Origin: a virus
Taxonomy: Duplodnaviria > Caudoviricetes
Virus record (IMG/VR): IMGVR_UViG_3300022178_000709
Span: 1-25,520 of that record
Length of the DNA stretch: 25,520 nucleotides
Strand: one strand, 5' to 3'
Below are positions 8,302 through 16,845 of this stretch, piece by piece. The notes below the pieces were generated by a model, which saw nothing but the letters and a program-made list of their open reading frames with translations, was not told the DNA's origin and did no database searches. A program made the position numbers and the translations under genes. Within the stretch, counting starts at the first letter, position 1. Each line of letters opens with the position of its first letter.

Positions 8302-8805
8302 ATGCATAAAATAGTTTTAACAGAAATACCTATATATTATGGCGATGTTTCAATGCCAGAAAACTTTGAGATACAAAGAGGTTCTTTAATATTAGATGGT
8401 GTAAAAGCAGAGTTATCTAATTCTAAATTTAAATTTAGTAGAGAATGGGATATGTTAGATACTTACATACGAGAACACCTAAAAATAAAATATAAATTAT
8501 CAATTGGAAGTAAAGATACTTGGGTAGATGCTTATAAACCAGGACAAACCTCACAACCTATTATAAATGTAAATCCTGTAGATTTACTTAACTCACCAGA
8601 TTTTACAATGTTGTATGGGTTAAAAACAGAAGAATGTAGTGTAAGAATATATTACGATGATAATAGAGGTAAAGGAAGATCTTGGGATATAGATCTTACG
8701 GATAATAAATTTATAATGTTTCCTTCAACTTGTATGTATCATTTACAAAACAATCAAACACATGATTTAAATTATGTACAAACTATAACTTATGAATTTA
8801 TTTAA
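8302..8805 (+). CDS. 2OG-Fe(II) oxygenase-like (DSBH) protein, degenerate metal motif
   Basis: 167 aa with the W...YKPG and FIMFPS...H pattern of the neighbouring oxygenases, but no HxD/HxH motif. Confidence 0.55.
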   Translation: MHKIVLTEIPIYYGDVSMPENFEIQRGSLILDGVKAELSNSKFKFSREWDMLDTYIREHLKIKYKLSIGSKDTWVDAYKPGQTSQPIINVNPVDLLNSPDFTMLYGLKTEECSVRIYYDDNRGKGRSWDIDLTDNKFIMFPSTCMYHLQNNQTHDLNYVQTITYEFI

Positions 8806-9424
8806 TTATTATTGGTATTTTAAAAGTGCTTTACCTATTAAGTTTTGTGATGATGTTATTCAATATGGTTTACAAAAAGAAGAAGCTATAGCGACAACAG
8901 GAGACTTTATGGATAAAAAATTAAATAAAAAAGAAGTAAGAAATTTAAAAAATACTAGGAACTCTGACATAGTTTGGTTAGATGAGACTTGGATATACAA
9001 CGAAATTTTACCTTACGTGCATCTAGCAAATAAACAAGCAGGGTGGAATTTTCAATGGGAAAGAACAGAAGAAGCACAATTTACTAAGTATAAATTAAAC
9101 CAACATTATGATTGGCATTGTGACTCTTGGAGAAGTCCATACAACAAACCTAATACACCTCATCATGGTAAAATTAGAAAACTATCTATGACTTGTCAGT
9201 TATCAGATGGTTCTGAGTATGAGGGTGGAGAGTTGGAATTTGATGCTAGAAATTATGATCCACCTATGAGAGACGAGTCTAAACATGTAATGAAAGCAAA
9301 ACAAATATTACCAAAAGGATCTATTGTTGTATTTCCTTCATTTGTATGGCATAGAGTTAAACCAATAACGAAAGGATCAAGGTACAGTTTAGTAGTATGG
9401 AATTTAGGAAACCCATTTAAATAA
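8792..9424 (+). CDS. 2OG-Fe(II) oxygenase, prolyl 4-hydroxylase/PKHD-like
   Basis: YDWHCD...RKLS...YEGGEL...VFPSFVWHRVKPITKGSRYSLVVW gives a complete HxD...H...R(xS) signature. Confidence 0.88.
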   Translation: MNLFNYYWYFKSALPIKFCDDVIQYGLQKEEAIATTGDFMDKKLNKKEVRNLKNTRNSDIVWLDETWIYNEILPYVHLANKQAGWNFQWERTEEAQFTKYKLNQHYDWHCDSWRSPYNKPNTPHHGKIRKLSMTCQLSDGSEYEGGELEFDARNYDPPMRDESKHVMKAKQILPKGSIVVFPSFVWHRVKPITKGSRYSLVVWNLGNPFK

Positions 9425-10065
9425 TGAATAAAAGTAATTTTTTTTGGACACCAATTTGGACTGAACTTAAAACAGAGTTTTTAAGTTCTTTAAATAAAGC
9501 ATCTAACAAACATATAAAAAAAGCTAAAGCCACTAAAGAAGCTAAAGAACATATAAAAAAAAATGGAGACTTTGGAAGATCTTACCACACACCTTCTTTA
9601 GTTACAGATAATAATTTTTTAGATTTTAAAAAATATGTTGGTCAACAGTCTTGGGAATATTTAGATCAACAAGGTTACGATATGAATAAATACACTCTTG
9701 TATTTAATGAAATGTGGGTACAAGAATTTGCTAAGAAAGGTGGTGGTCATCACTCTGCGCACATACATTGGAACCAACACGTATCAGGATTTTATTTTTT
9801 AAAATGCAGTGATAAAACTTCTTATCCTGTATTTCACGAACCAAAAACTGGTGCAAGATCTACAAAATTAAAAATGAAACCAGACATCAACGGTGTATGG
9901 GCAGGTCACGAACAGTTTCATATGAAACCTGAACCAGGAACTTTAGTTATATTTCCAGGATACTTAGAACACGAGTTTGCGGTAGACTATGGAAAAGAAC
10001 CTTTTAGGTTTATACATTGGAATATACAAGCTGTTGAAAATTCAATAATAGATAACATAAAATAA
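9424..10065 (+). CDS. Putative 2OG-Fe(II) oxygenase (TIGR02466-like, HxH type)
   Basis: MWVQ...HSAHIH...VSGFYFL...PEPGTLVIFPGYLEH...R. Confidence 0.8.
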   Translation: MNKSNFFWTPIWTELKTEFLSSLNKASNKHIKKAKATKEAKEHIKKNGDFGRSYHTPSLVTDNNFLDFKKYVGQQSWEYLDQQGYDMNKYTLVFNEMWVQEFAKKGGGHHSAHIHWNQHVSGFYFLKCSDKTSYPVFHEPKTGARSTKLKMKPDINGVWAGHEQFHMKPEPGTLVIFPGYLEHEFAVDYGKEPFRFIHWNIQAVENSIIDNIK

Positions 10066-10069
10066 ATTA

Positions 10070-10699
10070 ATGACTATAGTAAATTTTAATGATCCAGGTG
10101 TAGTACAAAGAAAACTTTCTAAAGAAACTTTAGATAGATTAAACAGTTATATTAAAAATAAAAAACAAAATTGGAATAAAGAATTAGTTGGTCAAATAAA
10201 TAGTTCTTTTTTTCTTGAAGATAAAAACAATTGGTTTTTTGAAAAAGAAGTATTACCTACTATTGAAGAATATATGGATCAACCTATCTGTGGCACGTGG
10301 TTAATTCCTAAAATTTTAAATAATAATTGTGCTTTTAAAATGGAAAGTCTTTGGGTAAATTTTCAAAAGAAACATGAGTTTAATCCTTTCCATACTCATT
10401 CAGGTCTTTTTTCTTTTGTAGTTTGGATGAAGATACCTGCTCGTTATGATAAAGAAAAAAAATTACCTTTTGTTGATCATGCTAATTGTGCTTATCCAAA
10501 TACATTTCAGTTATTTTATACAAATTCTTCAGGTAGAATTTGCACGCATGACTATCATTTAAACCCAGAAGATGAAGGCACTATGTTATTTTTTACAGCT
10601 AATAGAGGACACCAAGTGTATCCTTTTTATACTTCTAATAAAACTAGAGTAAGTATATCAGGTAATATAATTTTAGATGTAAATCAGGTAATTAAATGA
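10070..10699 (+). CDS. Putative 2OG-Fe(II) oxygenase (HxH type)
   Basis: LWVNFQ..HEFNPFHTHSG..SFVVW...EGTMLFF....HQVYPFY...RVSISGN. Confidence 0.8.
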   Translation: MTIVNFNDPGVVQRKLSKETLDRLNSYIKNKKQNWNKELVGQINSSFFLEDKNNWFFEKEVLPTIEEYMDQPICGTWLIPKILNNNCAFKMESLWVNFQKKHEFNPFHTHSGLFSFVVWMKIPARYDKEKKLPFVDHANCAYPNTFQLFYTNSSGRICTHDYHLNPEDEGTMLFFTANRGHQVYPFYTSNKTRVSISGNIILDVNQVIK

Positions 10700-11334
10700 G
10701 TTTTAAAAAAGATAAATATATAATTATACGTAAAGCAATTTCAAAAGAACTAGCTTCTTTTTTAGCTAATTATTTTGTAATGAAAAATCAAGTATATGAT
10801 ACTTGTATAAAAGCAAGATACATGTCTCCTTTTGAAAGACTCCTTGGATATTATGAAAATGAAACATTACAAGTTCCAGGATCTTACAGTAATTATTCAG
10901 ATATTGCTGCGGAAACTTTAATGTTAAAATGCCAACCCATTATGGAAAAAACAACTAATTTAAAATTATACCCTGCCTACACTTATGCTAGAGTCTATAA
11001 AAAAGGCCATGAGTTAAAAAGACATAAAGATAGGTTTAGTTGTGAGATATCAACTACCATGAATCTAGGTGGTGATAACTGGCCAATCTATTTAGAACCT
11101 TCTGGTAAAGAAGGTATGAAAGGTGTTAAAGTAGATTTAAGACCAGGTGATATGTTAGTCTACAGAGGATGTGAGTTAGAGCATTGGAGAAAAAAATTTA
11201 AAGGTGATGAGTGTGTTCAAGTTTTCTTACATTATAATGATATAAAAACATCTGGAGCTAAAGAAAATATGTTTGACGAACGTCTACATTTAGGCTTACC
11301 TCAATGGTTTAAAGGCTTTAAATTTACTAAATAA
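10696..11334 (+). CDS. Putative 2OG-Fe(II) oxygenase (HxD type)
   Basis: YARVY..G..LKRHKDR.SCEIS...PGDMLVYRGCELEHWR...QVFLHY. Confidence 0.8.
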   Translation: MSFKKDKYIIIRKAISKELASFLANYFVMKNQVYDTCIKARYMSPFERLLGYYENETLQVPGSYSNYSDIAAETLMLKCQPIMEKTTNLKLYPAYTYARVYKKGHELKRHKDRFSCEISTTMNLGGDNWPIYLEPSGKEGMKGVKVDLRPGDMLVYRGCELEHWRKKFKGDECVQVFLHYNDIKTSGAKENMFDERLHLGLPQWFKGFKFTK

Positions 11335-11343
11335 TGTAGTAGA

Positions 11344-11396
11344 ATAATATTTTGGCAGGAGATTCCACCATACATCGTCTCCTGCCTAAATATTAT
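11344..11396 (+). promoter_or_regulatory. Long intergenic stem-loop
   Basis: ATAATATTT-T-GGCAGGAGA (11344-11362) pairs with TCTCCTGCC-T-AAATATTAT (11378-11396): 18 Watson-Crick pairs, one T-T mismatch, C-rich loop. Confidence 0.75.
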
Positions 11397-11405
11397 AGGA
11401 TTTTT

Positions 11406-13583
11406 ATGTTGCAGAAAATAGGTTTTCAACCAGGTATTAATAAACAAATCACACCTACCGGAGCAGAAGGTCAATGGGTAGATTGTGATAATGTTAGATT
11501 TAGATATGGAACACCTGAAAAAATAGGTGGTTGGAGACAACTAGGAGCAGATAAATTAACAGGAGCCGGTAGAGGTCTTCATCATTTTATAAATAGTTTA
11601 GGTAGAAAATATTCTATTATAGGAACTAACAGAATTTTATACGCATATTCTGGTGGTGTATTTTATGACATACACCCTATCAAATCTACTACAACATTGA
11701 GCAATGCTTTTTCAACTACTAATGGCTCGCCTACGGTTACAATAACTTTTTCTACAGATCATAATATTCAAGAAGATGATATTGTTTTATTAGATAATTT
11801 TTCTACAATAACAAACTCAAACTATACAGCCTCTGATTTTGATGATAAAAAATTTATGGTCACTTCTGTACCAAACAGTACAACAATCACCATTACAATG
11901 CCTTCTAATGAATCAGGAAGTGGTGCAACAACATCGGGTGGTATAAGAGTACAACATTATTATACTGTTGGACCTGCTGTGCAAGCAAAAGGATTTGGTT
12001 ATGGATTAGGCACGTGGGGAGGAGAACAAGTAGGACCACTTACTACAACTTTAAATGGTGCTATAAATTCTTCAACAACAACTATTGTATTAGCGGATGT
12101 AGGATCGTTTCCAAGTTCAGGAACAAACTTTATTTTAATAGGAACAGAAGAAATGTCTTACACAGGTATATCAGGTAATACTTTAACAGGTGTTACAAGA
12201 GGTGTTAGAAATACAACTGCAGCTTCACACAGTGATGGTGCTACAATAACAGACACAAGTAATTATGTTGCATGGGGCGAAGCTGCTTCTGGTGACTTAG
12301 TTCTTGAACCTGGTATGTGGTCATTAGATAACTTTGGTGACAAAGCTATATGTTTAATTCATGATGGAGAAGTTTTTCAATGGGACTCTGCATCAGCAAC
12401 TGCAACTTCTGACAGAGCAACAATTATATCTGGTGCACCAACAGCATCAAGACACATGGTTGTATCTACACCGGATAGACACTTAGTATTTTTTGGAACA
12501 GAAACAACTATTGGATCACCAAGCACACAAGATAATATGTTTATTAGATTCTCGGACCAAGAAGATATAAACACTTATATACCTACAGCAACTAACACAG
12601 CCGGCACACAAAGACTGGCCGACGGATCACAGATCAGAGGAGCAATTAGAGGTCGTGATGCTATTTATGTTTGGACTGACACAGCGTTATTCACACAACG
12701 TTTTGTAGGTCAACCATTTACGTTTGCGTTTGCACAAGTCGGAACTAACTGTGGATTGGTTGGACAGAATGCATGTGTAGAAGTTGATGGTGCTGCGTAT
12801 TGGATGTCAGAGAATGGTTTCTTTAGATATGCAGGTAGATTAGAATCTTTACCTTGTTTAGTAGAAGATCATGTTTATGATGATATAAATTTAGATTCTG
12901 GTAATCAAATGGTGTCAGCTGGACTAAATAATCTTTTTGGTGAAGTTATGTGGTTTTATCCAACGTCTTCATCTTCAGTTGTTAACAGAGTAGTTTCTTA
13001 TAATTATTTTGACTCTTCTCCACAAAGACCGGTTTGGACTAATGGAACATTAGCTAGAACTATGTGGGAAGATTCTGCTGTGTTTGGTTTACCTCATGCA
13101 TTAGAATATGATGCAGGAACAGATACATCATTTGATGTTGTAGGTAACACAGATGGGACCTCAATATATTTTGAACACGAAACAGGAACTGATCAAATAA
13201 AAAATGGTGTGATCTCAGCTATTACTGCAAACATTGAGTCAGGAGATTTTGATATTACACAAGCTCGTTCATCAACTGGACAACAAACAGGAGTTGCAAC
13301 TTTTAAAGGAGATGGTGAATTTATAATGAAGATTAGAAGATTTATACCTGACTTTATTGCTCAAACAGGTACTACTAGAATTACATTAGAATTAAGAAAC
13401 TATCCTAATGATAGTCAAGCAGGTTCTTCTTTAGGTCCTTTTGATATTACATCCTCTACTACCAAAGTAGATACACGTGCTAGAGCTAGAGCAATTGCTT
13501 TAAAAATAGAAAACACTTCTACATCTCAAAGTTGGAAACTAGGAACGTTTAGATTAGATACACAACCAGACGGAAGAAGATAA
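11406..13583 (+). CDS. Putative tail tubular protein B / nozzle-like virion protein
   Basis: 725 aa from ATG 11406 (MLQKIGFQPGINKQ, AGGA upstream). W.DCDNVRFRYG.PEKIGGW N-terminus and beta-propeller-like IRFSDQE, YVWTD and YWMSENGFF segments. Confidence 0.7.
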   Translation: MLQKIGFQPGINKQITPTGAEGQWVDCDNVRFRYGTPEKIGGWRQLGADKLTGAGRGLHHFINSLGRKYSIIGTNRILYAYSGGVFYDIHPIKSTTTLSNAFSTTNGSPTVTITFSTDHNIQEDDIVLLDNFSTITNSNYTASDFDDKKFMVTSVPNSTTITITMPSNESGSGATTSGGIRVQHYYTVGPAVQAKGFGYGLGTWGGEQVGPLTTTLNGAINSSTTTIVLADVGSFPSSGTNFILIGTEEMSYTGISGNTLTGVTRGVRNTTAASHSDGATITDTSNYVAWGEAASGDLVLEPGMWSLDNFGDKAICLIHDGEVFQWDSASATATSDRATIISGAPTASRHMVVSTPDRHLVFFGTETTIGSPSTQDNMFIRFSDQEDINTYIPTATNTAGTQRLADGSQIRGAIRGRDAIYVWTDTALFTQRFVGQPFTFAFAQVGTNCGLVGQNACVEVDGAAYWMSENGFFRYAGRLESLPCLVEDHVYDDINLDSGNQMVSAGLNNLFGEVMWFYPTSSSSVVNRVVSYNYFDSSPQRPVWTNGTLARTMWEDSAVFGLPHALEYDAGTDTSFDVVGNTDGTSIYFEHETGTDQIKNGVISAITANIESGDFDITQARSSTGQQTGVATFKGDGEFIMKIRRFIPDFIAQTGTTRITLELRNYPNDSQAGSSLGPFDITSSTTKVDTRARARAIALKIENTSTSQSWKLGTFRLDTQPDGRR

Positions 13584-13747
13584 TGGCAAAAATAGTACAA
13601 GTAATTACTAGACCAGAATCAGAATATAATTTACAAGTAGCAGAATCTCAAGTTAGAGATTTAGACGCTATTGTGGAAAAATTAAATACAACATACCAAG
13701 AAGATTTAAAGGATGAAGTAGAAGCATTTAACTTCTTTATAAATTAA
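13583..13747 (+). CDS. Small helical hypothetical protein, 54 aa (not in ORF track)
   Basis: MAKIVQVITRPESEYNLQVAESQVRDLDAIVEKLNTTYQEDLKDEVEAFNFFIN*, with TAATG overlaps at both ends. Confidence 0.8.
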   Translation: MAKIVQVITRPESEYNLQVAESQVRDLDAIVEKLNTTYQEDLKDEVEAFNFFIN

Positions 13748-14076
13748 TGGCAAATCAATTTAAATTTGTAGGTGTAGATAATAGTACAAGTGGAGCTGCG
13801 TTAACTCCTTTTGGATCTGGCAATCCTTTGGTAAGTGAGACATATGTTATTAAATCTATTTTAGTTACATCTGCAGGCACTCCAAGTGTGACTGTTACAA
13901 ACAATAGTATTACTGCAATTAAATCAGCAGCACTAACTGCTAATGTTACGACAGAATTATTAACCCAACCTTTGGTGGTAGAGGGAGGCGATGCTTTTAC
14001 AGTATTATCCAGCACCACTGATTCATTTGACGTAGCTATAAGCTATCTAAATATTAAGAAAGAGGTAACAGTATAA
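13747..14076 (+). CDS. Putative virion structural protein
   Basis: 109 aa, beta-rich (IKSILV...ELLTQPLVVE.GD), TAATG-coupled. Confidence 0.75.
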   Translation: MANQFKFVGVDNSTSGAALTPFGSGNPLVSETYVIKSILVTSAGTPSVTVTNNSITAIKSAALTANVTTELLTQPLVVEGGDAFTVLSSTTDSFDVAISYLNIKKEVTV

Positions 14077-14246
14077 TGGAAGTATTAAAACCAGCAAAAG
14101 TAGAAACAACGTATAGACACAAGGAAACTGGAGAGCTTTTTAAGGAAAGAAAAGACTGGGAAGCTAAAGGTTATAAGGCAGAGGACATGGCTCAAGATGT
14201 AAATGTCGTAATGCCAAGTCTTGATTTATTTGGAAAAACAAAATAG
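14076..14246 (+). CDS. Small hypothetical protein, 56 aa (not in ORF track)
   Basis: MEVLKPAKVETTYRHKETGELFKERKDWEAKGYKAEDMAQDVNVVMPSLDLFGKTK*, with GAGG SD and TAATG overlap. Confidence 0.8.
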   Translation: MEVLKPAKVETTYRHKETGELFKERKDWEAKGYKAEDMAQDVNVVMPSLDLFGKTK

Positions 14247-14249
14247 AAT
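14221..14249 (+). promoter_or_regulatory. Sigma70-like promoter, probably giving a leaderless transcript
   Basis: TTGATT (14221-14226), 17-nt spacer, TAGAAT (14244-14249). ATG 14256 lies 6 nt further on and has no SD. Confidence 0.55.
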
Positions 14250-14255
14250 AGTATA

Positions 14256-15737
14256 ATGGCAATAACTAGAGCACAACAAGCAAAACAATTATTAGCAAAC
14301 GGCGGACGTATAGGACTCAAAGGTGGAGCTGATGCTTCTATGGCAGATTTTGGTAAAGTTACTACTCCTGGTGTTAGTGCTGGTAGAAAAGGTCCAGGTC
14401 CAGCTGTTGGTGCAGGTGGTGCAAGTTTTAATAAAGATGATAATTTTCAAACTTTATCATCAATAGACGAAGGTGTTAGAAGAAGAAATCAAATAGCTTT
14501 AGAAAATGCAGCTATTGAAAGAGGCGAAAAAGCTTTATTAAAATATCGAGACACAGCTCCAGAAAAATCTAAATTTCCAGGTTTATTTGGTGTTGGTATA
14601 AATGCACTTAACAAAATTTTTCCTGATCTTAGAAAAAGAAACATAGATTATTTTCTTGATAATAAATCAATAAACCGTAGCGAATATCCTTCAACGATAG
14701 AGGGTTTTAAAAAATATATGGCAGATAGATCAGGTGGAAATATAGATGCTAGTGGACGAGACATTATTGATAGAGAAGGACGTGATGATCCAATGCAAAT
14801 TATTTATAACCAAGGTCAAGGTGGTACTGAAGATAACGAAGAAACTGAAGATTCAAATAATAACGATTCATTCGTACCTAACTTTAGATTGTTAGCTGAT
14901 GGTGGTATGCCAGAAGATGCACCGGTTTACGAAGGTGGTATCATGGACCTTGAATCAGCAAGACAAATGTATGGTCTTGGTAAACTTGTTAAAAAAGCAG
15001 CAAGAGCTGTTAAGAAAGTTGCTAAGTCACCAATAGGTAAAGCTGCATTATTATATTTTGGTGGTCAAGCTTTAACTGGTGGAAAAGGTTTAAGTTCTTT
15101 TTTTGGTAAAGGTAAATTTTTAGGACTACCTGGAGTAGATGAATTTGGTGGAACACCAGGAATTTTAAAAAATTTAGGTTTAATTAAAGGGGGTTATGGA
15201 ACTTATGGAGGACTAACAGGTTTAAGTAAAATAGCTATACCAACAATAGCATCATATTTCATGACACCAAAAGAAGAAGATAGTGACGAAGAATTATATC
15301 TTGGACCAAAATTAGATATGGAAGCAATAAAAAATAAACCAATGGATTTTATAAATTATAGAAACAGAGCCGATGGTGGTATTATGAGAGCTGGTTATGA
15401 AGAAGGTGGAGATGCAGAACCAGTAGCTAAAAAGACTATGCCTCTATTAGACATGGACGGCATGGAAAAAGATTACAGAGAAGATGGTGGATTCGTACCA
15501 ATAGGTAGAATGGAAAAAGCAGACGATGTACCTGCAAGACTATCAAAGAATGAATTTGTATTTACAGCCGACGCTGTAAGAAATGCAGGTGAAGGAGATA
15601 TAGACAAAGGCGCAGAAGTCATGTATAACATGATGAAAAACCTCGAATCCGGAGGTGAAGTATCAGAAGAATCGCAAGGATTGGAAGGCGCTAGAGAAAT
15701 GTTTCAAACATCACAAAGATTAGAGGAAGTTATATAA
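14256..15737 (+). CDS. Putative internal virion protein
   Basis: 493 aa, low-complexity with repeated xxGG motifs, a hydrophobic Gly-rich segment and a C-terminal DDVPARLSKNEFVFTADAV motif. Confidence 0.6.
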   Translation: MAITRAQQAKQLLANGGRIGLKGGADASMADFGKVTTPGVSAGRKGPGPAVGAGGASFNKDDNFQTLSSIDEGVRRRNQIALENAAIERGEKALLKYRDTAPEKSKFPGLFGVGINALNKIFPDLRKRNIDYFLDNKSINRSEYPSTIEGFKKYMADRSGGNIDASGRDIIDREGRDDPMQIIYNQGQGGTEDNEETEDSNNNDSFVPNFRLLADGGMPEDAPVYEGGIMDLESARQMYGLGKLVKKAARAVKKVAKSPIGKAALLYFGGQALTGGKGLSSFFGKGKFLGLPGVDEFGGTPGILKNLGLIKGGYGTYGGLTGLSKIAIPTIASYFMTPKEEDSDEELYLGPKLDMEAIKNKPMDFINYRNRADGGIMRAGYEEGGDAEPVAKKTMPLLDMDGMEKDYREDGGFVPIGRMEKADDVPARLSKNEFVFTADAVRNAGEGDIDKGAEVMYNMMKNLESGGEVSEESQGLEGAREMFQTSQRLEEVI

Positions 15738-16843
15738 TGACAACACAAACAACTGTATCTAGACCAGCACCTTTTGTAGAACAACTAGGTCAAAACTTAG
15801 CAGAAAATGTATTAGCACAACAACAGGTTCCTGTCATTGCACCTGGTCAAGGTGGTCTTTCACAATTAACAGGTGAGTCAGCTGAAGATTTTGCAAAAAG
15901 ACAAGCTGCCGGACAAAGATTTGATATTAGAAAACAAAGTATAGCAGGACTTGCACCACAAGTAGCAGGTCAAGATGCGTTACAAACACGAGCACAAAAT
16001 TTAGCAACACAAGGTGTTGGATCATATCAACCATTTTTAAATCAAGCACAGTCACAAGCACAATTAGCTTCAGGTTTAGGAGCCATGTCTCTTGGACAAT
16101 TAGGAACAGCTGCATCAACTTTTGGTGGAGTTGGAACAGGCGCACAAGCATTTCAACAAGACGTATCTCAATTTATGTCACCATATCAATCACAAGTGAT
16201 TGATGCCTCATTAGCAGAATTTGATCGTAACTCGCAAATACAACAACAGCAGATACGAGATCAACAAGCAAAATTGGGTGCGCTCGGCAGTGGTCGAGCG
16301 GGAGTGCAACTCGCTGAGTTTGGCACAGGGGCAGCGAGAGAAAGAGCTTTATTACAAGCTGGTCTCTTGCAACAAGGTTTTAATCAAGCGTCTGCACAGA
16401 GACAACAAGATATACAAAATAGGTTTGGTCTTGGTCAAGCACAACAAGGTATTGCAGGAGCAACCCAAGGTTTAGGATCATTCCAATCTGGATTAGCTGG
16501 TCAACAAGCGCAATTTGGACAAGGCTTACAAGGAATGCAAGGAACAGATATTTCACGTTTAGGTCAGTTGGGCGCACTGAACCAAGCGCAACAACAAGCT
16601 AACCTTGATGCACAAAGAGAAGCTACAAGACAAGCAGCATTCCAACCACAAGAACAATTAGATAGATATGCTGCACAAGTAACAGGGATCATGGGTGGTT
16701 ATCCAGGTCAAGTACAATCAACTAACGTACCTAACCCTACACCATTACAAACTGCATTAGGTGTTGGTACAACACTTGCAGGTATTTATGGTGGGTTAAG
16801 TGGTAAAACTAATTTTAACTTTAACGTACCATCATCAAATTAA
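15737..16843 (+). CDS. Putative DNA ejection/pilot protein (Gln/Ala/Gly-rich)
   Basis: 368 aa, very Q/A/G-rich and helical, FMSPYQSQVID motif, C-terminal hydrophobic Gly-zipper (ALGVGTTLAGIYGG), positioned among internal virion genes. Confidence 0.65.
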   Translation: MTTQTTVSRPAPFVEQLGQNLAENVLAQQQVPVIAPGQGGLSQLTGESAEDFAKRQAAGQRFDIRKQSIAGLAPQVAGQDALQTRAQNLATQGVGSYQPFLNQAQSQAQLASGLGAMSLGQLGTAASTFGGVGTGAQAFQQDVSQFMSPYQSQVIDASLAEFDRNSQIQQQQIRDQQAKLGALGSGRAGVQLAEFGTGAARERALLQAGLLQQGFNQASAQRQQDIQNRFGLGQAQQGIAGATQGLGSFQSGLAGQQAQFGQGLQGMQGTDISRLGQLGALNQAQQQANLDAQREATRQAAFQPQEQLDRYAAQVTGIMGGYPGQVQSTNVPNPTPLQTALGVGTTLAGIYGGLSGKTNFNFNVPSSN

Positions 16844-16845
16844 TT

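Noticed and set aside
11352-11405. TTG-initiated 18-aa N-terminal extension of the tail tubular B-like gene
   Set aside because: It lies inside the long hairpin and has no SD. ATG 11406 with AGGA upstream is the more plausible start.
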